DNA from: Octopus bimaculoides
Lineage: Eukaryota
Assembly (NCBI RefSeq): GCF_001194135.2
Contig: NC_068981.1
Span: 14,404,423-14,446,435, forward strand
Length of the DNA stretch: 42,013 nt
Reading direction: 5' to 3'
In this document: one piece after another, positions 12,843-23,595 of the stretch
How the letters are laid out: every line of letters starts with the position of its first letter
Position numbering within the stretch: position 1 is the first letter of the stretch
Program-made: the position numbers and the translations under genes
Notes under the pieces: generated by a model
Told to the model about the DNA's origin: nothing
The model's database searches: none
What the model saw: the letters and a program-made list of their open reading frames with translations, nothing else

Positions 12843-14179
12843 GCTCACCATATATTAAGACTGAATTATTTCCCTCACACATCTGGGAATGAAAAACAAA
12901 ATCATGGTTTGCTGGAGAAATTACGAAGATTGTTTTTGCTTTCCTGGAATATACGCCATACCTATAAGACATGGCATAATACCAATATTTACTTGCCGGA
13001 AACATGAAAATCGCATTACGCTCTCATATGTATATGCAAAATGATCTTATGAACTTTTGTTGTCGAATATGACTTGAAGAAATGAAGTGGAAAATTCCAT
13101 TTTAGACACCCACTTTTTATCTTTCATCGGACTCTGTTTTTGTGTATTTTGTGTAGATATTTCCTGAAGTCAGTATAATTCTACAAACGACAGCTTAGAA
13201 CGGCTTCGAAATTTTCCATAGCAAATTTTAATTTTAAGTATCTGCTCATTTTCGTTTATTTCATGAGAGACTGCGTAATGAAGAAAGAAAACGAAATTAA
13301 ATATAACAGTTTTCTGCTGTTGTTAGGAGCTATAAAAGCAGTCATGATGTCACTACTTCAGTTTTAAAAAGCCGTTTGAGATGATGACGTGAATTCAACT
13401 CTACGTTGTGAAATATATTTTTAGTGGAGCGCAATTTAGTGACCCTTCACATTACAAAGGTGCATTGAGGGACACTTCTTTCATCATCTTCCTCTAGAAA
13501 TGATGCAGATATCTGAAGGTCACGCAATTTGCATACAACTACCATCCCAATTTTCATGTATCCGTAACCATACCATTCAGTAAGCACACACTGGTATATA
13601 AAGAAACCTGCACACATCATTTGGCTGCAACGCTTCGCCTCTTTATATACGGAAGATCTATTATTGCGATTTACAATGCAATATATATAAAGGGTGGCGC
13701 GAGTATGAGTCAATCTCATACGAATTTGTTATGAAAATTTTCTCTTTTAAATGATATTTAACGTACCTGAAATGGGCAAAAACACTCTCTGTGGAGTCGC
13801 TCTTGTCGCGTTTGCTCCGGCAGTTAGCATCTCCCACAACTTGGAGTCAAACGTTCATTCATGAGAAAGATATAAAATATTGTGTATCTGAGACCAGGCG
13901 TCTTAGTTGATATCTTTCTAATCTTTACAATCAGATTCTCTACAATTTCAGAGCGGTCGGCATTCCTTAAGATGATAACTCATTGAAAAATGAGGAAAGC
14001 AGTGTTGGGCTTTATATATACATAATGGAGAAATTGTACAAAATGTATAAATAGATGATGAGTAAAGCACCGGCACAGTTTCGATTACCTGTTGTTATCT
14101 GTAGATTTATTGCAGGAACTTCGTAGTCGCGGTTTGGGTAACAGTATTAATAAAATAGGACATGGAACGTGTAATAGAC

Positions 14180-14230
14180 TTTATTGGGCGCAACACATGT
14201 TTCGACCCAATCTCGATCCCTTCAGGTACA
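14180..14230 (-). ncRNA. Degenerate minimal (Penelope-type) hammerhead motif followed by AATAAA
   Basis: Minus strand: TGTAC CTGAAGG GATC-GAGATTG-GGTC GAA ACATGT G TTGCG CCC AATAAA. Helix II has 4 bp, helix III is the palindrome ACATGT, and helix I pairs 4 of 5. Deviations: A9 is G, position 17 is G, and the first helix I pair is mismatched. Confidence 0.55.
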
Positions 14231-15418
14231 TCAATAAAAAATCTCACTAGAGATTTCTGGAGTCGACTTACATACCGATATATGTCCATGAAATTCGAGA
14301 ATGAGTAACATCAGAGAAACATTTTTGAAACACAAGAAGTTCAAATATTAGCGTGAAAAGTATACATTCTAATTTAGAGAAAATGACATAATCAGCTTTC
14401 GCTGTTGTAACTGTTAAGAGAAAGAAAAGGAAGTAGAATTTGAAAGGAAGATAATACTTGGACAAATTTTATTGTGTGTTTTCGTGATTAGACGCATATA
14501 TGCATACACAGATATATATATGCACATATACATATGCGCTCACACATGCACGTACAGGTATATGGACATACACATACAACTAGATGTATAAGTATGTGTG
14601 TGTGTGTGTGTGTGTATGTGTGTATGTGTGTGTGTAAAATATGCCTGTGAGATAGAGTCGGTTAGAGAAGAAGAGAGAGTGAGATAGCAGGCATAGACTT
14701 AATGATACACTTTATTGCCTTTCGTTTCCTTCATGCAATATAAATGTACCTATCACATAGTGCATAGTTTAAACTGTGATGGTTATCCCTGTTGAAGGTA
14801 AGACAGCTCGATGAAAAAGGGCAAGCTAAATATACTGTCAAGTAGTAGATTTCAAGCTAAAATGATACCAATCTGTGCTGAGCTATAGGCATCGCATTGC
14901 AAATTCTGCACGATGCACAGGAGATTTCATGGTTGTTTATATTTATCTATTGGTTCTGAAGGACGCTTCGGTTTATTGGGAGAAGCTTTTGTCATTGTTT
15001 TCTCGAAATATCCATTTCGAATAAAACGTAAGTATACAGACACAGGAATAGCCAAGCAGCTACAACAAAAATAAACGTTATGGAAATGGTAACGTTCTAC
15101 ATATTAGGCACAAATTCGATAAAGATCGCACACATTTTGAATGGTGAGTTGAACAACTTGGATTAATTAAGATTAGTGGAAGGAACGTACCCCCAAGGGT
15201 ATTTAAAACCTTGAAGCAACAAACAAAACATTCAAGCCCAATAAAATCAATTTATTGACAATTTCCAAAACAGAAAATGCAATGTGGGGGAGCTGCTTGC
15301 TGTCAGTAAGCAAGGTGGCAAATGCAACAGATATATTTCGGCTTTAGAAGACCTCAGTGGAAGATATTCCACTCAAATGGAAAGAATAAAAGTCACACGC
15401 ACACACATACAGATTTAA

Positions 15419-15652
15419 TTTTTTTTTTATTGCCCACAAGAGGCTAAACATAGACGGGACAAACAAAGACAGACAAAGAGATTAAGTCGATTACATCGAC
15501 CCCAGTGCGTAACTGGTACTTAATTTATCGACCCCGAAAGGATGAAAGGCAAAGTCGACCTCGGCGGAATTTGAACTCAGAACGTAACGGCAGACGAAAC
15601 AACGCTAAGCATTTCGCCCGGCGTGCTAACGTTTCTGCTAGCTCACCGCCTT
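15419..15652 (-). mobile_element. Full-length tRNA-derived SINE (family C, Meta-domain-like), 12-bp TSD, A-rich tail
   Basis: Minus: GGCGGTGAGCTAGCAGAA...GAGTTCAAATTCC (box B), then GCCTTTCATCCTTTCGGGGTCGATAAATTAAGTACCAG, which resembles the MetaSINE domain as I recall it. TSD ATACAGATTTAA at 15407-15418 and 15653-15664. Confidence 0.9.
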
Positions 15653-16395
15653 ATACAGATTTAAATTTGTCACGAAACTGTGGCTCAATGATGAGGAAAA
15701 ATCTCACAGGTGAGGGTAATGCACTGTAAATACAAATTCACGATTATATATATATATATATATATATATGCACAGAAATAAAGGGAGAGAGAGAAAGAGT
15801 GTCAGTCACACACACACAGACATAAATGTAAAAATATATGAACACTATATTTGTAATCACATTTGCTTCATTGTAACCTATATACATGAAAGTTTAGAAT
15901 GCATGCTGTTTTAAAAATCTATCCTGTATTGAAGCTACATTAATATGTCCCCTTCCCGAGAGCCAAAATTTCATTTTCCGTTTCAAAAACGAACTGCTGT
16001 CACATTTAATTATGATACTCTCCCGGCAATAATTTATTTTTCTTCTTAATTCTTTTTTATAACTGTGTTTCTTTTTACCCGGTTTTCGTCTACCTTTCAT
16101 TTTATTTGTAGAATTTTTATATTCAGATGGGATAAAATTATTTTCTTCACGAACATTTTCCCTAAGAATAGAACTCTTATTTCATATGTGAATAGTTCGT
16201 GTCTGCTGTATATCAAATTAAAGAACACGGAAAAGAAGCCAATCGTAATAAATGGAAAAATAGAAAGAAGCAAAAGCAAGAAGACGTGAAACTTAGACTA
16301 CTTGCAACAATAGAAACTAATGATTCAGGTAACAATATATTATGTTTTATACAGGCATTAGGCGTACTAATATATTCATTTCAGTTGTTATATAT

Positions 16396-17266
16396 NNNNN
16401 NNNNNNNNNNNNNNNNNNNNNNNNNNNNNNNNNNNNNNNNNNNNNNNNNNNNNNNNNNNNNNNNNNNNNNNNNNNNNNNNNNNNNNNNNNNNNNNNNNNN
16501 NNNNNNNNNNNNNNNNNNNNNNNNNNNNNNNNNNNNNNNNNNNNNNNNNNNNNNNNNNNNNNNNNNNNNNNNNNNNNNNNNNNNNNNNNNNNNNNNNNNN
16601 NNNNNNNNNNNNNNNNNNNNNNNNNNNNNNNNNNNNNNNNNNNNNNNNNNNNNNNNNNNNNNNNNNNNNNNNNNNNNNNNNNNNNNNNNNNNNNNNNNNN
16701 NNNNNNNNNNNNNNNNNNNNNNNNNNNNNNNNNNNNNNNNNNNNNNNNNNNNNNNNNNNNNNNNNNNNNNNNNNNNNNNNNNNNNNNNNNNNNNNNNNNN
16801 NNNNNNNNNNNNNNNNNNNNNNNNNNNNNNNNNNNNNNNNNNNNNNNNNNNNNNNNNNNNNNNNNNNNNNNNNNNNNNNNNNNNNNNNNNNNNNNNNNNN
16901 NNNNNNNNNNNNNNNNNNNNNNNNNNNNNNNNNNNNNNNNNNNNNNNNNNNNNNNNNNNNNNNNNNNNNNNNNNNNNNNNNNNNNNNNNNNNNNNNNNNN
17001 NNNNNNNNNNNNNNNNNNNNNNNNNNNNNNNNNNNNNNNNNNNNNNNNNNNNNNNNNNNNNNNNNNNNNNNNNNNNNNNNNNNNNNNNNNNNNNNNNNNN
17101 NNNNNNNNNNNNNNNNNNNNNNNNNNNNNNNNNNNNNNNNNNNNNNNNNNNNNNNNNNNNNNNNNNNNNNNNNNNNNNNNNNNNNNNNNNNNNNNNNNNN
17201 NNNNNNNNNNNNNNNNNNNNNNNNNNNNNNNNNNNNNNNNNNNNNNNNNNNNNNNNNNNNNNNNNN
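16396..17266. other. Assembly gap (N)
   Basis: N run flanked by (TA)n. The right edge is +/-1. Confidence 0.97.
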
Positions 17267-17302
<36 letters not shown>

Positions 17303-17820
17303 ATACCTAGTTGCAAAATCTCAAGAAGAGATGAGATAAATAACTTTAATAACAAGTAAAGTTAATCGTGACATTAATGTGACTGTTCCAACTTTCTACT
17401 AGTATAACCCCAGGCAGATCTTCTACCTCCTGGTTATCGGGGCTCCACTACACTCTGTAAATACTTATTGCTGACTATACTATATATGCAATGAAGAACT
17501 CAAAATTTACTACCGGTGACGAGTGAAAAATTTGAGATCTCAAGAAGCTGATGAAAATCCCTAAATAAAATCTTTCTTGCAAAAATTGGAAGGAGCTAAA
17601 AAAAAGTCTTGAACGTAGATATGTTTTGGGAGAAATTACAGTGTTTAGCTTGTATACGAGTTACAATTACTATTGCATTTTCAATGGAAGACGAAAACAT
17701 TACGTGTTAAATCAGTTTTGAAGAATGCTTGTTAAAAGCGTTAGGGAAACTTTGTGATGATTTCAGTATTTAGATATTGACTGGAAGGGTTCAAATATCA
17801 ACTTCTTTTTTTATTACCAA

Positions 17821-17822
<2 letters not shown>

Positions 17823-17874
<52 letters not shown>
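17823..17874. repeat. (CT)n microsatellite running into a gap
   Basis: Direct reading. Confidence 0.95.
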
Positions 17875-18264
17875 NNNNNNNNNNNNNNNNNNNNNNNNNN
17901 NNNNNNNNNNNNNNNNNNNNNNNNNNNNNNNNNNNNNNNNNNNNNNNNNNNNNNNNNNNNNNNNNNNNNNNNNNNNNNNNNNNNNNNNNNNNNNNNNNNN
18001 NNNNNNNNNNNNNNNNNNNNNNNNNNNNNNNNNNNNNNNNNNNNNNNNNNNNNNNNNNNNNNNNNNNNNNNNNNNNNNNNNNNNNNNNNNNNNNNNNNNN
18101 NNNNNNNNNNNNNNNNNNNNNNNNNNNNNNNNNNNNNNNNNNNNNNNNNNNNNNNNNNNNNNNNNNNNNNNNNNNNNNNNNNNNNNNNNNNNNNNNNNNN
18201 NNNNNNNNNNNNNNNNNNNNNNNNNNNNNNNNNNNNNNNNNNNNNNNNNNNNNNNNNNNNNNNN
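17875..18264. other. Assembly gap (N)
   Basis: N run between (CT)n and (TA)n. Confidence 0.98.
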
Positions 18265-18310
<46 letters not shown>

Positions 18311-18313
<3 letters not shown>

Positions 18314-18470
18314 GACGGGCTTCTTTCAGTTTATGTCTACTAAATCCACTCACAAGGTTTTGGTCGGCCTGAAGCTATAGCAGAAAACACGTGCCGAAGA
18401 AGCCACGCAGTGCGACTGAACCTGGAACCATATGGTTGGAAAGTAAGCTACTTACCACACAGCCACTCCT
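18311..18470 (-). mobile_element. SINE family A, 5' half (rest probably in the adjacent gap)
   Basis: CGACGGGCTTCTTTCAG...CTACTTACCACACAGCCACTCC matches the family A head. It abuts (TA)n and the N gap. Confidence 0.85.
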
Positions 18471-18519
18471 ACGGCTGACTAATTTTCTGTCACTAAATTT
18501 CTCATGTCAAGAGTTATGT

Positions 18520-18880
18520 TGATGTAAGAAATCAACGCCCCTTTTGAAGCCAACAGGTTACCGTAAAGAAGTTGTCTTTATGACATGATGTAGTGAGATG
18601 TAATTTTCCTTTGAATATGATGCAAGGACTATGAAAATATATAAATAAGCCTTTGATAAAAGGTTGGGTCACCAAGGCTGTGTCACTGTTAATGCAGTTC
18701 TCTGAAAGTTTCACTGCAGTCAGATTCACACACAAAACTTTTTATAACAAACATTTGGAAAATAAAAGCAACATGCTGCAATGGCAGTAAGAACACTTAC
18801 AAGCTGGTTCTGCTGTCAGTGAAAAGTTGCATAGGTATACGCAGGAGGGTCTTGATACAAAGCGCTTCTTTTCCAATTGC
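18520..18880 (+). mobile_element. Heavily decayed LINE reverse transcriptase relic (CR1/Jockey/L2-like)
   Basis: The plus frame gives LLKPTGYRK...EYDARTMKIYK*AFDKRLGHQG, echoing QxGFR and DxxKAFDKVxHxG. A later NGSK and a frameshifted GIxQEG resemble GVPQGS. There are many stops. Confidence 0.45.
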
Positions 18881-20186
18881 TTCCGTAGCACGTAGTACAA
18901 CATGAGCAGTACTTTACAATGATAAACACAAAAAGGTTAGATATGATGATCTAAATAAAGCTTGCCTATTTCTTTTTTCTTGCAAAATCCTTCCCTTATA
19001 TGCCAAACAATTTGCAATTGTCCAAGTAGTGTTCATACTAACAAACGTGACGGTTTTCACAACACATTGGTGTATGTGTATGTGTATGTGTGTATATGCA
19101 CGCACGCATACGTAGACAAAAATATATCCGCAGTAGTATATACACGCATTCATATGCGCATAAATATTTATGTGCAGACATATAAATGTATAAATGCAAA
19201 TGTATGAATATACAGACATACATATAATTACATTCATAACATCAGATATAACAAATAATAACTTTTATTGCATATATGCAGTCCTTAGATTATAATATCT
19301 GCATAGGCTAAAGCATATGTATGCATCAACATATATATGTGTGTGTGTGCATGTGTGTGTTTGAATGGATGGCTTGTATTACCTATTCGTATGCACATTT
19401 AATTATTTCACAAACACATATATACACATGCGCCTTAGCTTTCGTGTGTTTATATACACAAATATATGTGTCTGTGTGTCGATGATGGAAAGTTGTTTTC
19501 TAGTTGTGCGTCATTCGGTGACTATGTGAACAATAAATCAAGATTGTTCTCTCAGGGTTTTCTACTGTATTCAAGATGAAATAACTGAAACTTCAAATAT
19601 TTATCAAAACCGCAATAATAAATCTATAGTGTTCTACGTTGGCTTGTTTTCTAGATAAAAGAAGAAACATGAAAAAGAGTCGTTATTTCGTTATCAGCTT
19701 CAATTATTTTCCAGTGTTTCGTGAAGTCATATCACCAAGACAAATATTCAATATGCTTCTGTTCCCAGACACAGAAGTGGTATATAGTTGTGATTGTTAT
19801 TGCCAGACACGTCTGTGAAGTTGAAACTAATACAAGTGAATGGTGGCAATACACGCACACAGCCATCGCTAATATATATCACTCACAATATTATTATTAT
19901 TATTATATTTGTTAATTTTTTATTATTGTCATAAGTAAGCTTTATTATTATTGCTATTGCTCTTATCGTATTATCATCATCATCATTACTATGTGTGGTG
20001 TTACGAATGTATTATTCACTAGATCACAAATAAAACTATAATTATATTTCTTGTTGTAAAAGCGAACAAAGTGAAGAAATCATGTGTTCTTCCGCAGTGA
20101 AGTAGACTAAAGTAATTACCAATGATTCTACGACGGCGATTTTAAAATGAACACACATCTTCAATAATAATGATAATAATAATAAT

Positions 20187-20357
20187 GTCGAAGTGATCCA
20201 GAAGACAGCATTGTTGGGTACAGCTCGCATTCTAAGGAGAGTACTGTCTCTGAGTCATAGGAGAAGGCACTACTTGAATCCTTTGCTGATTTGTTATTGC
20301 GTGCTTTCAAATAAGGAACAACCGGTAATTAAGAACTATCCGAGAGTCTTTCAGAAC
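20187..20357 (+). mobile_element. 5'-truncated R4/Dong-clade non-LTR retrotransposon end within a (TAA)n tract
   Basis: Encodes VEVIQKTALLGTARILRRVLSL, the conserved C-terminus of R4/Dong/Rex6-type restriction-like-endonuclease ORFs, followed by a short 3' UTR. Flanked by TAA repeats at 20163-20186 and 20358-20369. Confidence 0.75.
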
Positions 20358-20371
20358 AATAATAATAATGA

Positions 20372-20590
20372 TTTCAAGTTTTTGTCACTAGGTCGGCAAA
20401 TCTTGCGGGAGAGGGTAACTCGATAGCATAAACCATCGAGCATGAATGCTAAGCCATCTTATCGACCCAGAATGGGTAGCAGGCAAGTTTGGCCTGAACA
20501 GAAATTGAAATTAGAACGTAAAAAGCGAGGAAATAATAAAGTGAAGCTTTCTTTTCCGGCGCGCTAACGTGCCTGCACGTACACTGCCTA
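20372..20590 (-). mobile_element. Old SINE family C
   Basis: TTATCGACCCAGAA...GGCAAGTTTGGCC...AATTGAAATTAGAACGTAA...CCGGCGCGCTAACGT is collinear with the 15419 copy. Confidence 0.65.
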
Positions 20591-20597
20591 CTGTTAA

Positions 20598-20756
20598 TTC
20601 GATCTTTGCTGACACAAGGCCTGCAAATTTAGGTGGAAGACAATGTTCATTCCATACACCCTAGGGTTCTACTGGCATTCAATTTATAGACCCCAAATTG
20701 ATAAAAGGTAAAGTTGATCACAACAGGATGCGAACTCAAAACGTAATGATTCCGAA
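20598..20756 (-). mobile_element. Second adjacent old SINE family C fragment
   Basis: ACTGG..AATTTATAGACCCC..GATAAAAGGTAAAGTTGA..GAACTCAAAACGTAA. Confidence 0.55.
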
Positions 20757-20806
20757 AAAGTAATAATCTGAATATTAGATATTTGGAGAGTAGTACTATA
20801 TATATA

Positions 20807-21480
20807 TTAGAGGGAAAAGATAACAAAAACTATGACAGGAGGAGTATCTCAAGTCATTTATAATAATTTTATTGGGGTAAGGTGTTTCTAGAATATCCAA
20901 AGTGATAGGCTAGCATGTCATCAGAGAGAAGGTGAATATGCATGGAAGTTTTAGACAGGGAAATAAACAGATAATAAAGAATAAAATAGAAGAATAAAGA
21001 TTAAAAGCAGATAGAAGAATACAGACAAGAGAATAAAGTTCACAGATAATATTTCTTCCAGGGGTATAGAGGTTCGTACCTCTTTCTGTAAAGGTGTAGG
21101 CCCTTAGGTATAATCCAAGGTAAATCTAACCAGTATTTTGGTAATATTTTGAATGATAGTGAGGAATAGTCAGCATGGTAGGAGTATCTTGACACCACCC
21201 CTCATACTGATCTTCTATAAATGCGTTGCGCCGTAATTTCTGAACAATTATACCTTAGAGTAGGCTTGAATTTCTTGGTCTCTTAGCTGGGGTCATTTAG
21301 CTTTTTACCGAACAGTTGCATCACCTCTATCAAACATTTTGCATGTTGATTCTCTTGGAACTCACCGAACCCTCACAGATCAGTAGCGCTCTTGGTTCAG
21401 TCAATTGTAAATCAACTGCAGTATGGATGTCTTACTGTAAATTTTAGCTACTCAAGAAATGAGCTTTCGGTTGTAAGATT
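20807..21480 (-). mobile_element. Probable decayed Penelope-like element 3' end (GIY-YIG relic plus LTR-like tail)
   Basis: The minus frame reads KFTVRHPYCS*FTID*TK (21415-21444 onward) and KKFKPTL (21256-21276), resembling the GIY-YIG motifs YKFxCxxC..YIGxT and I.KxKPxLN. The tail carries CTGATGA (20918-20924), a hairpin, GAAAC (20884-20888) and AATAAA (20868-20873), and ends at (TA)n. The left part may extend to about 22080. Confidence 0.5.
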
Positions 21481-23595
21481 TATTTCCTCAATTTCAAATT
21501 CTTTCTAGATCAACTAATACACTGCTGCTGCTTTTCTTACATTCTACATTTGAAAGTTTCCTGTTTGCACCACTTCCACGTACCTCTTCAGGAGGAGGAT
21601 ATCTATCGTCTACTCTGGCATGTCTGGCTGCCGGAATTTGTCATATTGTTTAGGAAACGCAGGATGTGATTGAAATACAGGATGTGATTGAACCTAACTC
21701 TTTAGCATGTCGTTGTTTTGCCGTGTTTCTTTACGTAGCTTTGATCATCGCAACTTTCTGATAATTCAAAGTGTCATCTGGGAACTCGTGTAAATACTGT
21801 AAATCAATTTTGATCAAAGAATTTGAGTTCTCCGACGATAAAAGATTGTTTGCCGAGTTCATATTTGCCTTTCATAGTTTTAGAGTCAATAAATAAAGCA
21901 TTTGATATGTAGTGGGGTTGACTAATTTATTCATTTCTCTCTTAATTATCTTCAATGAAATTTGCTATTGTCAAACCCGGGGTGACATAAACATCTTGAG
22001 AACTGGCAGAAGCTAAGATATATTTTATCCCGATAACACTCCAAGACGCTATCGAAATCACTGACCAAGGGGGGCGAGGTCAGAATTAGTGTAGAATCGG
22101 TTAAACTGTTTTGCAGTATTTTGTAATCTTCTTTTAAATCGTTTCAAATATGTTTGCTGTAATTCGCCCGTTGATAACTTGTTTATTATATATAAAATAA
22201 TTTATATATATGGTTTCATATATATAAACAATTGTCCTTATTATCAGAGGGAAATATAACAACTTGTATATAAAGGCTAACAATTCGTTGGTATGATGAA
22301 TAATTCTGATCGCGGACAGGTCACACACTGTTAAATGAGGTTTTTATTTTTATCTGAACTATTGGGAGAGATAAGTTGTAGTAGACATCAAAGCTAAGTA
22401 TCCAAGATTACATACTATATATAGTAAAGGACTATATTTTTATGAGATTTGAGGTTTTAAACGTTAATGATCCGTTTCTTATTGTTTTATCCAATATCTA
22501 TTACATTTCTATTTGATTCTAAAAGTTTTCTGTTTCGCTCGCACGGTGTTGCTTACTTCCGTCACTACTATAATTTGACAAACAATTATCATGTTATAGT
22601 GTTATCTGATACACTGAAGAATCAGTAGTTGTCTACTCTCCACTATAATCATACAAACCATGTTATTTGTCATTGATATCAGGAAGAAAAGTAACGCCGG
22701 TGAGATTAAATCGTAGAACATCTAATGAACATTAATGATGCAACCTACGTGACATAGTTCAAAGTCAATATTATAATGATGTAACGTATCATGCTTTGAA
22801 GCTGGTTTTCGTTTATAATAATTCTCTCGAATGCTAGTCCAATACAGCTGCTATGAAAAACATTAAAATGTTAAACCGAAATAAAACAAGCAGTTGTGTT
22901 TGGATAGAAACAAATAATTATCACTTAAAATCTACTTAAAACTAGACAGAAAATTTAAAACTACCCGTACATGATATTGTTAAATTTGCCAATATTCAAT
23001 GAAACGGTATTAAAAACATTCTATAACGCAGTATCCACGTGTTTTACTCCCTACAAATGATAGTGACAGGATTTTAATTTGAAAGTCTACTTTAAAAAAG
23101 TATATATATTACTTCGTTTCTGTTATTGTTCAATAAATCATCAAGTTAATAGCAGTTGTATATAACCAGTCATATAACGAATCGTTCCAAGATAATAATT
23201 TTCATGGTGAAATAGTGAATGCTATTTTATTATCCGTTTATTTCGTTCCTTTATAAAGGAAGTCAGTATAATTTCGCTACCAATTGAAATATCAAAAGCT
23301 TCGATAAAGTCTAAAAACATTTACTGAAGAGGGAGTCGAAATGTCGTAGTACATTTATTCTCGGACTTATTACAGCCTACTTCAAATACTTCGTGTGTAT
23401 ACATTTACTTTCAGCTTTCAATAGTCGGTTCAGATATAGTACTACTCTTCAAAATACTGTTCTATTGTCGAATTAATCGACTAACGTAACTTTCGTCTAA
23501 GATTCCTCCAGCAAGACAGCACTGCTGATTACTGCAAATCAAATGCATTGGTGCTTCATACGTTGTAAAGTTTAACGATGCATACCTGCGTCGGT

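Noticed and set aside
13447-13719. 90-aa minus ORF with an acidic patch; TA-AAGGGTG end suggesting mariner
   Set aside because: No domain recognised and no matching second TIR found.
21545-21600. Minus-strand CTGAAGA with GTAC/GTGC stem and nearby GAAAC
   Set aside because: It needs a deletion and several substitutions, and helix I does not pair.
21490-21870. Minus frame with VRGSGANRKL suggesting a Tc1 GRPR-like motif
   Set aside because: Multiple stops, no DDE motif and no TIRs found.
23470-23520. Minus-strand CTGGAGGA-ATCTTAGAC-GAAA motif
   Set aside because: The core has an extra base, and helices I and III are absent.
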